Virus record (IMG/VR): IMGVR_UViG_3300025161_000004
Span: 1 to 64,000 of that record
Length of the DNA: 64,000 nucleotides
Reading direction: 5' to 3' (one strand)
This document shows, piece by piece, positions 29,256-39,555 of this stretch (position 1 is its first letter; the number at the start of each line of letters is the position of its first letter). The notes under the pieces were generated by a model. The model did not search any database. It saw only the letters and a list, made by a program, of their open reading frames with translations, and was not told where the DNA came from. The translations under genes and the position numbers were made by a program.

Positions 29256-30239
29256 TTAGGCTTTATTTCTCTTATTCCTTGCATTAAATTTTATCACCCT
29301 ATTTTCATCAAATGCAGTCGAAAATCCTTCTTCCCACCATTGAGTCATGATTTTCTTATCAAAAACTAAACTATTGTTAGCTAATTTACGACCCAACCAA
29401 TATACATTTAAACTAACTCCTTTTGATTGTAGATTTTGAATGTTTTTCAATAATTCGCTTAACTCTATATCATATCTCATCGCATCGATGCTTCTTTCTA
29501 AGTTATGGATAATATCTTTCGTTCTTGATCTTTGTGGGATATATTTTGGTATTTCTCTATGAATAATAACATCTATTACATCACATTCCAATAAAACATC
29601 TAAATCATACGGACTTAAACTTAATAATTCAGTAAGTCCGCCATCTGTCCATTCACCTATAAATTTATTTCCATCCTTATCTATCCATTCCTTTTCAATT
29701 AAGGATGTAACTAATGGAGCATTTGCACTTGCCCATATCCAATCTTTAAAATCTTCAAACTCACAATTAAGAATATTGAAATGATGTACTTTAGATGGCT
29801 TCTCATTTATATTTTGGCATCCAACAATAACCGATATATTTCTTTCTCTAATTCTATCATAATGTTCTTTGGTTAAGAACTTGTCAATCAATTTTCTCAA
29901 CGAATTACTTGTTGCTAATGTGTTAGAACCAGTAATTAAAGCATATAACACAGACAACTTATTCAATGTACCATCCTTTTTAAATGGTAATGGTTTATAC
30001 CATTTCTTATCAAATATGTCACTATCAGTTACAGAAGTATATGCTTCCTTTAATAAATCCCATTCCTTTAATGCAACAAAGGATGACATTAGTGCTCCTG
30101 TGGAAATACCTATTACTAAATCATAATCTTGATTTAATGCCGCTAATGTTCCTGCACCATACGCACCATATGCACCACCACCACTAATAATAGCACCTCT
30201 TTTTATTTGTTTTTTTGATTTTTTCGTAGTTTTTGCCAT
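29256..30239 (-). CDS. patatin-like phospholipase
   Basis: SGGGAYG oxyanion loop, GISTG nucleophile and DGG. Confidence 0.92.
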   Translation of the reverse strand: MAKTTKKSKKQIKRGAIISGGGAYGAYGAGTLAALNQDYDLVIGISTGALMSSFVALKEWDLLKEAYTSVTDSDIFDKKWYKPLPFKKDGTLNKLSVLYALITGSNTLATSNSLRKLIDKFLTKEHYDRIRERNISVIVGCQNINEKPSKVHHFNILNCEFEDFKDWIWASANAPLVTSLIEKEWIDKDGNKFIGEWTDGGLTELLSLSPYDLDVLLECDVIDVIIHREIPKYIPQRSRTKDIIHNLERSIDAMRYDIELSELLKNIQNLQSKGVSLNVYWLGRKLANNSLVFDKKIMTQWWEEGFSTAFDENRVIKFNARNKRNKA

Positions 30240-30280
30240 GAAAACTCAAAATTTTATATACATAAATACCTTTTAGATGT

Positions 30281-30796
30281 TTAAAATACATTCACAAGAA
30301 TTTTCATGGTATGTGGTGCTGTTTTGTTACCACCAAAATATGGATATAAATAATAGTTAAAAAAGAACCAATCCTTACTCTTCTTTATAATTGCATTATA
30401 TTCTTTATCGATTATCTCATTATCTTTTATTTCTGAAACTTTAACATTGAATAAATATGCATCTTCGTTATCAATAATAACACATTCAAAATCAGTATTA
30501 ATATCTACTACACCTAAATAACTAACGTGTCGCTTACCTTTAACATATGCATATGCAAATAATTCGATTTCCCTTTTAGAATTACATCTCCATCCAATTC
30601 TAGCTGAATTTCTATGATGAAAAATCGATGTTGAAAATCCGAATAATTTATTAATATCATAATCGTCATTATCTTTAATATCATAAAGACAGCTTTCGAA
30701 AAACATCGCACTAAATCTTAGTGTTCGTTTGAAGGTAATTCCAAAGTGGAGTCCTGAACTATGTTTACCCTTTTTTATTGTATAAATTACATTCAT
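30281..30796 (-). CDS. conserved hypothetical beta-sandwich protein
   Basis: DINKLFG, SARIGW and YPYFGG..APH. Confidence 0.7.
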   Translation of the reverse strand: MNVIYTIKKGKHSSGLHFGITFKRTLRFSAMFFESCLYDIKDNDDYDINKLFGFSTSIFHHRNSARIGWRCNSKREIELFAYAYVKGKRHVSYLGVVDINTDFECVIIDNEDAYLFNVKVSEIKDNEIIDKEYNAIIKKSKDWFFFNYYLYPYFGGNKTAPHTMKILVNVF

Positions 30797-30946
30797 TTGT
30801 TTTTTTATTTCTTTGTAATCGATATTACTATTCCACTTAATTTAAAAACCAAATAAAAAATATGAATATAAAACTAATTAATAATCAATTTAATAGGTTC
30901 TCATCTGTCATGTGTTTATAACTTAATAATAAATACTTAAACTAAA

Positions 30947-31753
30947 CTATAATACATTTCTTAAATGAGAGTACACTTTAATTACTGCTTTAGTATGTGT
31001 TGAACAAATATTTGACATATGCTCATCTAATTCGATATCCATATTTCTCCCCTCTTTATATAAACTCCAATAATATTCCGACAAATTTTCTTTGTCAATA
31101 AAATCAATTTCTTTAATATCAAAATGATATAATAATTGTTTTAATGACGTATTGTAGTATGAACCAAATTTCATCACTTGCATTAAATCAAGTATTTTCA
31201 TCTCCCAAGGTTTTGAAATTAATTGTTCTGTAATCAATAAAGGAAAACTAGCATAAGAATCTTCACCATTATTGTTTTTAACTATAATTTTATTAAAATT
31301 AGAGCCTGCAAAAAATCTTTTTGTGTAGTATGGTATATGAAAATTTATTAAATTATAACCCGATAAAATTTTATCGGACTCATACATTTTATAAAATGAT
31401 GTCGTTATTTGTGATAATAACTCTTGTTCTGTTTTTGCAAAAAATTTTTTAATTACTGGTTTTTCATGATTATCTTTAGAGAACATGCCAGCAGAATATG
31501 CTACTAATTTAGAAAAGATCGGATTAAATGCTGATTTTTTATGATAGAATTCTTCTGGACTCATATTAGAGCTATCATCATTATCTTTATACGATTTAAC
31601 CCATAAATTAAATCCAACAGGATCATTTTTTTTAAATGTCTCAATATCAGGATGTTGAGTCACTGTTATAAATTCAATAAAAACGAGGCTATTTATAGCG
31701 GATTTGTTGAATAGGATATTTAAGCTCATAACAATTTTAATTATAATAGTCAA
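30947..31753 (-). CDS. PolB-type 3'-5' exonuclease-like protein, probably catalytically dead
   Basis: Fold cues GYNLINFHIPY, KPWE..ILDLM...KFG and SL. The ExoI DxE motif appears as FIEFIT and the ExoII D is replaced by H. Confidence 0.6.
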   Translation of the reverse strand: MTIIIKIVMSLNILFNKSAINSLVFIEFITVTQHPDIETFKKNDPVGFNLWVKSYKDNDDSSNMSPEEFYHKKSAFNPIFSKLVAYSAGMFSKDNHEKPVIKKFFAKTEQELLSQITTSFYKMYESDKILSGYNLINFHIPYYTKRFFAGSNFNKIIVKNNNGEDSYASFPLLITEQLISKPWEMKILDLMQVMKFGSYYNTSLKQLLYHFDIKEIDFIDKENLSEYYWSLYKEGRNMDIELDEHMSNICSTHTKAVIKVYSHLRNVL

Positions 31754-31805
31754 AATTATAGTATTTATATAAAATAATCAATAAAAAAAATAAAAAAATA
31801 AATTC

Positions 31806-32132
31806 ATGTATTTAATAATACGTAAGTTCCTTTATGATATTTTAAGAGAAAAGCATTCTCGTAAATTCAGTACAACTAAAACAATTGCACTAGCAGCAGC
31901 ATTTCATTTATTTATTGGATTCATTGTTGGACTTTTGGTAATGTATAAAAATAAAGAGATTGACCATATATTGATAGGTGAGATGAGTGCATTTATTTTA
32001 GTACTATTGGGATTTAAAAATTTTGGTACTAAAAATCAATTAGTTAGTGATGATACCGAATTAAATGATCAAAATAAAAGTACTATTATTATTGATAAAT
32101 CATCAGATTCAGATCAGGAAGGGGTTTTTTAG
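31806..32132 (+). CDS. putative holin (2 TM helices)
   Basis: Two TM helices, hydrophilic tail, late-type motif upstream. Confidence 0.45.
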   Translation: MYLIIRKFLYDILREKHSRKFSTTKTIALAAAFHLFIGFIVGLLVMYKNKEIDHILIGEMSAFILVLLGFKNFGTKNQLVSDDTELNDQNKSTIIIDKSSDSDQEGVF

Positions 32133-32515
32133 CATATTCCAGATATCAGATATGATTTATATAAATTATCATTCGTTCTACCAACCATAATGAACTGATA
32201 TTTTTGATCTATTAGTGCAGTAATATCTGTTAAACCATATTTTGTTATCCAATAAATTGTTGGATTACCAATTACTAAATTGTGTTCATCGATATTAATT
32301 TTTAAATCATTTAGTTTAAACAAGTAATTATAATTTATAAGATAATATTCGCCATCAACATTGATTTTGGCAGAAAATTTTGAATTAATGTTATTAGGGG
32401 AATATATAATCTCTTCTACACGACCAATCTTATTATTGATTGATAAGTTTTCTTTACCATATAGTCCTGCAATCAATACCAAATCATTTAACTGTATGTA
32501 ACCTATATTTTTCAA
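32129..32515 (-). CDS. hypothetical protein
   Basis: 128-aa ORF. Confidence 0.6.
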   Translation of the reverse strand: MKNIGYIQLNDLVLIAGLYGKENLSINNKIGRVEEIIYSPNNINSKFSAKINVDGEYYLINYNYLFKLNDLKINIDEHNLVIGNPTIYWITKYGLTDITALIDQKYQFIMVGRTNDNLYKSYLISGIC

Positions 32516-32952
32516 AGCCCAAATAAAAAGTCTATCAATTTTCTAAAAATCGATTTTTCTTTTTTTGTTAATTCATTTTTTCTTTTTTCTTCAATCTCAG
32601 CAACTAATAATTCTCCATTTTCAAAAATGTCATCAACATATTCTCTTTTTTTCTTTTCTTGTAAAACAATTTCTTCCTTGATTTGTTTTTCTAATTCTTT
32701 TAAATCTTTAATTTTTAGTTCGATTTCATTAGGGTCAGTGACATCTTGTTCATTAATCATTTTTAATTTAGCTGCGTAAGAATCAACAATATTTTCTTTT
32801 ATTTTTGTGGTTTTATTTATTACTCGTTTGTTATTTTTTTTTGCTTCATTTCTCAAATATTCATCATATTCCCTATATAATTCAGTTGTGGTTTTTAAAT
32901 CACTTGTTTCAGGAATAGGACTTATATTTGGTTTCTTTGTTCTTGAGGTCAT
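32512..32952 (-). CDS. coiled-coil hypothetical protein
   Basis: 146-aa ORF. Confidence 0.65.
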   Translation of the reverse strand: MTSRTKKPNISPIPETSDLKTTTELYREYDEYLRNEAKKNNKRVINKTTKIKENIVDSYAAKLKMINEQDVTDPNEIELKIKDLKELEKQIKEEIVLQEKKKREYVDDIFENGELLVAEIEEKRKNELTKKEKSIFRKLIDFLFGL

Positions 32953-32977
32953 GCTATTTATCTTTATCTTAAAATTA

Positions 32978-33448
32978 TTAAAGGCTTTTTAATTTTTCTT
33001 CAAGTTCTGTATGTGCATCATTTTCTTGTTGAATTAACTCATTGTTTAATTCACTAACCTTTTTTTCTATTTCATGGAATGATTTATCTTTCATCTCATC
33101 AAGCTCATCTAAGAAAGATCTTTGTTCTTGAATCAACTTTTCTTTCATTTCAATCATTTTTTTATCAAATTCCTCTTGCATTTTTTGAATTTTTTCATTT
33201 GTGTTAATGATAATTTTACAATATTCTATTAAATCATCAATAACGATTTTATCGTTTTTACCATATATCTTTAGGAGTGTACCCTTTTCAGTTGTAGCAA
33301 CAACTTCACATTCAATGACATTTGTTGCTTTATATGTCCAACTGGCAGGTATTCCTATATTAATGATATATGTTGAATTTTCTACATCACGTTCAACAGA
33401 AAGTAAATATCCGTCCAGTGGTGTTAATATTTCATTAATTGGTTTCAT
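32978..33448 (-). CDS. conserved phage hypothetical protein
   Basis: 156-aa ORF with a C-terminal coiled coil. Confidence 0.7.
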   Translation of the reverse strand: MKPINEILTPLDGYLLSVERDVENSTYIINIGIPASWTYKATNVIECEVVATTEKGTLLKIYGKNDKIVIDDLIEYCKIIINTNEKIQKMQEEFDKKMIEMKEKLIQEQRSFLDELDEMKDKSFHEIEKKVSELNNELIQQENDAHTELEEKLKSL

Positions 33449-33451
33449 AAA

Positions 33452-33649
33452 CTATAATAAATAACTAAATATTAATGCTATCGATAGGAAAAATATAGTT
33501 TTTTCAATCTTAGATAAATTAAAAACCACATCTTTATTTTCTACTGTTCTTGCATAGTATTTCGCAAAAAATATTATAATAATTTGAATAACGTTAAATA
33601 AAGATGCAAAAAATATAAATTGATAAAAATCATTTATAAAATCTATCAT
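33452..33649 (-). CDS. small membrane protein
   Basis: 2 TM helices. Confidence 0.55.
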   Translation of the reverse strand: MIDFINDFYQFIFFASLFNVIQIIIIFFAKYYARTVENKDVVFNLSKIEKTIFFLSIALIFSYLL

Positions 33650-33652
33650 AGA

Positions 33653-33889
33653 CTATTCATTTGGATTTTCTGCTGCTTCAGCTTCTTGTTTTTCTGGCAA
33701 CATCACATCAAGAATTTTTGCACATTGCACGATTTCATTTATTTTTATTAATTGCTTTTTCATTAAAGAAACTCTTATAGAATGAGGAATCGAATTATCA
33801 TCCAATAAACGATAAAATTCTGAATCTGCAAAATATTTTTCCGTTTGCAATATTGCTAAAATGTCATTTTTTACTTGTTTTGGCTGCAT
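33653..33889 (-). CDS. hypothetical protein
   Basis: 78-aa ORF, late-type motif upstream. Confidence 0.6.
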   Translation of the reverse strand: MQPKQVKNDILAILQTEKYFADSEFYRLLDDNSIPHSIRVSLMKKQLIKINEIVQCAKILDVMLPEKQEAEAAENPNE

Positions 33890-33970
33890 TTTAATAGTTT
33901 TTATATTTAATTATAATTTTCTATAAATACTCTCAAATATATGAAAATTATAAAAAAAAATCAAACAATT

Positions 33971-34456
33971 CTACATAAAAGTCTCATGACACTTATTTTT
34001 CATCATAAGACTCTTATCAAATATCTCATATAATTCAACCAATACCTCAAATGTTCTCTTATTTTTAGCTTTAATACCTGATTTTAAATCAAAAATCTGA
34101 TCCCAAAATTTTATATAATTACTAATATCAGGAATTTTTTCTAATTTATAAAATTGATTATAAAAATATAACAGAAAATACCCATAGAGTTCTTTATTAT
34201 CTCTAAATGAAATCTCTTCTTCTTCAAATTCTGATACTACTTTATAGAAACACCATTTATAATGTCCCTCGATATCCTCATCTGAGGATATATACTCATT
34301 ACCCAAATACGTGTCAAATATGTTATTAATCAAATTAATAACAAAATCTCTATATAGTTCAACTCGTTCAGGTAAAATATTATTATTTTTTAATTTTTTC
34401 ATCATTTCTAATTCACTTAGTAAATCGTTGATGTTTTCTATTGTAACTATTTTCAT
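33971..34456 (-). CDS. conserved phage hypothetical protein
   Basis: 161-aa ORF with TYLG and WC motifs. Confidence 0.7.
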   Translation of the reverse strand: MKIVTIENINDLLSELEMMKKLKNNNILPERVELYRDFVINLINNIFDTYLGNEYISSDEDIEGHYKWCFYKVVSEFEEEEISFRDNKELYGYFLLYFYNQFYKLEKIPDISNYIKFWDQIFDLKSGIKAKNKRTFEVLVELYEIFDKSLMMKNKCHETFM

Positions 34457-34503
34457 AAATAATTTATTTGGGAAATATAATCATTATGTAATCATATGTC
34501 AAA

Positions 34504-35409
34504 TTAGTCCATTAATCTTGCAGCAACATCCTTGAATGGGAATGCTGGAGATAAATCTTCTTTATCTAATCTAACATTTGCATGGTTATATATCCCTTCA
34601 TATTTATTTGAAAAAATTTCTTCAGGATTATATTCACAATTATCAATAAAATTACTTTTAATATTATATTCCCTACATAGATATTTTAATAACCATACAG
34701 TAGCATCTATTTGTTGTTTACTATACGGTGCAAAATAATAATAACCTCTCCATCCCTTTTCATAATAGAATGGCGTATCATTGATTCTGTTGTATGGTAT
34801 AGCGACTTTACCTGAATACCAAAAAAATTTATTACCAATTTTTTTCATTGAACCCTCATTACATAGTTCAATACCGATTGATTGTTTATCTAAAAAATTT
34901 TTTGATCTTCCCAATCCAAGATGGTATGCCCAATACTTAGGATCGAAATGCTGATATATATTCCCTGCATAATCGATACTAAATGCTGTTGACACTCTAC
35001 CATTCTTTGCGGTAAATTCCTCTGTATTTCTACTATTCCACCATCCAACATGATTCATGGACGGTTTATCTTTTGTTCCCTTAACTACAGTCCAGCCATT
35101 AGTATGATGTAATACTATATTCTTTTTCAAAAAGATTTCTTTATAATAAGAAAACTCATTAACTAAGTATGATGTAGTATTTATTGCGCTAACAAAATCT
35201 TCAACCTCATTATTTAATAATGCAGTCCAAGTCATCTTACCTACAATACCATCAGCTTTTAGTTTTGCTTTATTCTGAAAGTCAATTACTGCATCTTCAG
35301 TTTTATCGTCAAAAACACCATTAACATCAATCTTATATCCTCTTTGATTTAGAATTATTTGAAGTGTCCTAACTGAATCATTCTTAGCACCTATCCTTAA
35401 TACATCCAT
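34504..35409 (-). CDS. endolysin: peptidoglycan-binding domain plus N-acetylmuramoyl-L-alanine amidase
   Basis: ADGIVGKMTW PG-binding repeat, IVLHHT, WAYH, SIGIELCN and H...DKED. Confidence 0.9.
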   Translation of the reverse strand: MDVLRIGAKNDSVRTLQIILNQRGYKIDVNGVFDDKTEDAVIDFQNKAKLKADGIVGKMTWTALLNNEVEDFVSAINTTSYLVNEFSYYKEIFLKKNIVLHHTNGWTVVKGTKDKPSMNHVGWWNSRNTEEFTAKNGRVSTAFSIDYAGNIYQHFDPKYWAYHLGLGRSKNFLDKQSIGIELCNEGSMKKIGNKFFWYSGKVAIPYNRINDTPFYYEKGWRGYYYFAPYSKQQIDATVWLLKYLCREYNIKSNFIDNCEYNPEEIFSNKYEGIYNHANVRLDKEDLSPAFPFKDVAARLMD

Positions 35410-35449
35410 AAACCCGCTATTTATCTATAAATACTATTTTTTTAAAATA

Positions 35450-35477
35450 AAAAGGGAAAGCAATTACTTTCCCTTTT
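35450..35477. terminator. intrinsic terminator hairpin
   Basis: aaaagggaaag-caatta-ctttccctttt. Confidence 0.65.
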
Positions 35478-35513
35478 CTCAGTCATTTATGATATGAATA
35501 TATCAAATAATAA

Positions 35514-38500
35514 TTATTTTATTTTCTTGTTTTGAATATATTTTCTTGGGTCATATTTAATCAAATGCATCATTTTATCCATATTTTGTAACTTAGTTTC
35601 ATCATTTCTAACACTTTCGCTAATTACCTGAGTATTTTTAACTCTATAAAATTTACCATTTTTATGATATAAATTATAAGCACTTATAAAGTCTTTATAT
35701 GAGTGGTTTTCTTCAACCATAGAAGTATAACTATTACCCATACCATCTGTTAAAACTTTTTGGTATGATGAATCGATTTTATCTAGTTCAATACATTCAT
35801 TTAGCTTTATATCAACAAATTTATACTTCCCTAATTCATCGATATATTTACCAGATATAATCGATTCATTATTATACCCTTTCTTATATTTATTATTATC
35901 AAGTTTTTCTTTCCCTATTGAAGCAGGTTGTACATCTTTATTGTACATTGGTGCTTTAGATTTATACTCCATCTTTTTTTGACGCAATTCATAAATCGCA
36001 TCACCTAAATCCGCTTTCATTCTTTTTTCGAATTTTTCTGATGGTTTATTATCATAGACAATATCTTGCATACCATCACCTCTATTCATTGCTAATTCAA
36101 GCATTTCTTCTTTAGATAAATTCCTTTTAGGAATTTCATCACCTCCTTCATTGGCTGAATTACCAACATTCTTAAATGCTTCTCCCTTGGTTTTCTTTAG
36201 GGTCTCTTTTTCAATATCCTGTGCTAACTTATAAGGATTGTCTCCAACTTCTTGAGTTAACTCACTTGACTTTGGATATGATTCCAAATCAATTACATCA
36301 TTAAAGCTTGAATTTTTAATATCTGATTTAAAATTCTTTTCGTTTGCATCCTTTAATCTATCAAGATTAACTAATGCAGAGTGTCTTCTTTCTTCGTTAA
36401 CCATTTGATTTAATTTATTTAAGTGTTTTTTGTAAAATTCTAACTCTTTATTTATACTTTCTTCTAATGATTCACCAAAAGATGAAAATTGAGATGTTGA
36501 TGTTTGCTTAACCATTGAAGTATTATTACCACTAACCATAGATGGGTTTTGTGGTTCAATTATAGATTCTTTAACTGATTGTTTCCATTGTTTAGTATTA
36601 TCACCAGTCTTAACAGGTTTCGATTCTACTTTACCTTTTACTGGTTTATTAAAACCTGTCGATTCACCAACATACTTCTTTTTGTAATCTACTTTAGGAT
36701 TATATTCAATATTGTCAATTACTTTAACCATAGATATCGCATCACCATCACTTATTTCTCCATTAATCCATCTCCAATAAACATCCTCATTATTAAATGA
36801 TAGAAAATATTCCAAATTAGTTCTATCATATTTTTCTGATTCATTAACTTTTTCGGGTAAACCTTTATGTTCAGTCGATGCAAAATCCTCTACATCTGAA
36901 GGTTTCATAGATGCTGCAGCTTTAGCTACAGCAGGACTTGGATTTTTTAACAGACCTTTTTGGGCTGCTCTAACCATGCCCATAAATCTTTGTTGTTTTC
37001 GTGATACTGCTCTCTCATTTATATTTGACTTATCTACTATATCTTTCCATGACGTATCATCAGTCAAATAATGTATAATTTTATTTAGTAGCGAAATGTT
37101 TTCACGTGCTTCTGAATTAGAAGATGCCATCGCATGATTGTTCGCTCTAATCAGTTTCACAGTATCCAATAAATCTTCTTCGGATATATTATTTAATACA
37201 GTAAATTGATGGATAGCATCTTTAATTTCATGATAATTTTTAGCATGTTTCAGTTTATCACCTAAATTATATAATTGACTCAACTTAAGACCTTTAAATG
37301 ATTCATCGATATGTTTTGATTCAGAAATTCCCATTTCTGATTCGGCTGAATTATATAATGCATCAATTTCCGTATCTGTCATCGCTTCAAGATCTTTCTC
37401 AACTGTTGGAGATACATTATCTTGAAATACTTTGTCTTTATTTTGAAGTATAAATGCTATCTTATCTTCTTTAGTGTGTGCGTGATGTTCATTCATTGAC
37501 TTTAAAAATTGTGGATCTACTAAAGCACCCAATGTTTTCATTTGCTTAGTAATTCTTGGATCAACAATACTTCTATCCACAAGTAAAGAATATTGTGCTA
37601 ACAATGATACTAAATATTCAGCATTACCCTCTAAATCAGATAATATAGATTTTAATGGCACTCTACTGGAATTATCGATAAATTGAGTTATGAGACTTTC
37701 ATCATCCATGCTGCTGTGGAATTCTTTTTGTTTTCTAAATAGAGATTTTTTCGCATCTAAAATTTTAGATGTTTTATTTTTTAAATTTACTATACTATTT
37801 TTTGTTTGAAATAAATCATCAATCCAAGTTTCATGAATAATTTCTTCCTTAGTGGATTTACCGTTATCATCATTATGAGATGTCATACCTTCTGGTACAC
37901 AATTAGGAACTTTTTTACCATCTTTCTCCTTAAAACCAATCATTTCATACCCATCCCAACAAGGATCAGCATCCTCATTTAATGTATTTATGTATTCTTT
38001 AAATACACTAGAGTCAGTTAAATATGAACCGTCCTTTAAAGCATTTTCTAAAACTATACCACCCATCCACGCAGGTTTATTATTTGCTGGTTTACCATTT
38101 TTAGACCATACTACTGGCGTACTATATTGACCAGATGATGCAGATGTTGTCGTTTCATCTATTTTTTTATGTAATGATGGTGTATACGAACCTGCACTAG
38201 CAGAACCAGTAGTTTCTTCAACTTTATTCACATTATTTTGATTTTCTTCTTTATTTTCCTTTTCTATTGGTAGTTTTTTATTTTTTTTTATTTTTTCTTT
38301 TAATTGATTAATACCACTTTGATCCCTTCTTTTCTTTTTGACTGGTACTGTCATTTTATATTTTTGAAGATATTTCGGACTATTCAATACATAATCATTG
38401 AATATGATATTCATTAAGGTTTCGTTCCAGTGATACCCATATCTATCTTTACCTTCAATGGCTAATTTTTCATATACTGCGGAAAGTTTAGGGTCGCCAT

Positions 38501-38729
38501 GAACAAGAGCCTCCATTTTTGGAAGTTTAAATATTTTCCTTTTTAAACCTAACTCATTTTCATTTAAGGATAGATCAATTTCCTTTAAGACATCTGGGTT
38601 AACACCTCTACTATTAATCTGCTGTTTAAAATCAGTATCGATTTTTTTACCGATTTCGGTAGGCTTTTTAAGTGTATTTTTTAGTTTTAAATCCTCAAGT
38701 CCCATTTTTTTTATATTTCTTTTTTCCAA
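35514..38729 (-). CDS. large head-associated modular (poly)protein
   Basis: 1071 aa. Modules ETTGSASAG, PCWDGYEM..KVPNCVP and AVSRKQQRFMG..DFAST.HKGLP (DUF3008-like) are separated by [ILV]xE sites. Confidence 0.65.
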   Translation of the reverse strand: MEKRNIKKMGLEDLKLKNTLKKPTEIGKKIDTDFKQQINSRGVNPDVLKEIDLSLNENELGLKRKIFKLPKMEALVHGDPKLSAVYEKLAIEGKDRYGYHWNETLMNIIFNDYVLNSPKYLQKYKMTVPVKKKRRDQSGINQLKEKIKKNKKLPIEKENKEENQNNVNKVEETTGSASAGSYTPSLHKKIDETTTSASSGQYSTPVVWSKNGKPANNKPAWMGGIVLENALKDGSYLTDSSVFKEYINTLNEDADPCWDGYEMIGFKEKDGKKVPNCVPEGMTSHNDDNGKSTKEEIIHETWIDDLFQTKNSIVNLKNKTSKILDAKKSLFRKQKEFHSSMDDESLITQFIDNSSRVPLKSILSDLEGNAEYLVSLLAQYSLLVDRSIVDPRITKQMKTLGALVDPQFLKSMNEHHAHTKEDKIAFILQNKDKVFQDNVSPTVEKDLEAMTDTEIDALYNSAESEMGISESKHIDESFKGLKLSQLYNLGDKLKHAKNYHEIKDAIHQFTVLNNISEEDLLDTVKLIRANNHAMASSNSEARENISLLNKIIHYLTDDTSWKDIVDKSNINERAVSRKQQRFMGMVRAAQKGLLKNPSPAVAKAAASMKPSDVEDFASTEHKGLPEKVNESEKYDRTNLEYFLSFNNEDVYWRWINGEISDGDAISMVKVIDNIEYNPKVDYKKKYVGESTGFNKPVKGKVESKPVKTGDNTKQWKQSVKESIIEPQNPSMVSGNNTSMVKQTSTSQFSSFGESLEESINKELEFYKKHLNKLNQMVNEERRHSALVNLDRLKDANEKNFKSDIKNSSFNDVIDLESYPKSSELTQEVGDNPYKLAQDIEKETLKKTKGEAFKNVGNSANEGGDEIPKRNLSKEEMLELAMNRGDGMQDIVYDNKPSEKFEKRMKADLGDAIYELRQKKMEYKSKAPMYNKDVQPASIGKEKLDNNKYKKGYNNESIISGKYIDELGKYKFVDIKLNECIELDKIDSSYQKVLTDGMGNSYTSMVEENHSYKDFISAYNLYHKNGKFYRVKNTQVISESVRNDETKLQNMDKMMHLIKYDPRKYIQNKKIK

Positions 38730-38935
38730 ATCATTCTTTTTAGATATAATGTTTTAAATAAGGCTTCTAACGCATCCTTAGCTATATTCAAAGTTTCTTT
38801 ATTTGAACTCGAACTGTCTTTTTTTAAAAGACTACCTATTCTTTTATCGAGTTCAGAATCTAGAACTTCGTCAATTTGATCTCTAATTAGAGATTTTAGT
38901 TCAGTTTTAGTTAGATCCATAGAAACACTTATCAT
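38711..38935 (-). CDS. small late protein
   Basis: MDLTKTELKSLIRDQI leader, late-type motif upstream. Confidence 0.6.
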   Translation of the reverse strand: MISVSMDLTKTELKSLIRDQIDEVLDSELDKRIGSLLKKDSSSSNKETLNIAKDALEALFKTLYLKRMIWKKEI

Positions 38936-39009
38936 AAATAAATACTTATTAGGTGTTCAAAAACTATTAATTTTAAAATAGATAGAAAGTATTTATAAAA
39001 AAATGTAAA

Positions 39010-39555
39010 ATGGCACAAAATAAAGATTATATCGAAATGAGAGAACTCCTTAATAGAATTCGTCATGCCAATAAAGGTATCGAATACACTTCTAAAAAGT
39101 CAATGGAACATAATGAGAATAATGGGAATTTGACTATTCGTGAAATGAAAAGGAGAATCCAGAAATCAGAATACTTTAAAAATAATATTAGCGAAGCCGA
39201 CGAGAATGAATTAATGGGTGACAGGGAAGAAATTAGTTTTGAGGATGAAATAAAGGAACAAGAAAAACTAAAAAATTATTTAAGAAATAATAATGTCACA
39301 ATTAAATTCGAACCACTTGAAATATATCAAAATGGAGTATTTTGGGGTGGCACTATTGATGGTCAAATTATGTTTGCATATAGAGTGACACCCGAAGAGT
39401 CGACAAGTGGTATTGACATTGAATATCTTGAGGGTTTTGATCCTAATGATCCAGAAAACAATGAAATAATTGAGAAATTAAAACGTTACTACAATGACTT
39501 CTACAAATATTGGCGTGATTCAGAAATTTATTCAAAAGATCAAGATAGATTATAA
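39010..39555 (+). CDS. conserved phage late protein
   Basis: 181 aa, AAGTATTTATA at 38987-38997. Confidence 0.75.
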   Translation: MAQNKDYIEMRELLNRIRHANKGIEYTSKKSMEHNENNGNLTIREMKRRIQKSEYFKNNISEADENELMGDREEISFEDEIKEQEKLKNYLRNNNVTIKFEPLEIYQNGVFWGGTIDGQIMFAYRVTPEESTSGIDIEYLEGFDPNDPENNEIIEKLKRYYNDFYKYWRDSEIYSKDQDRL

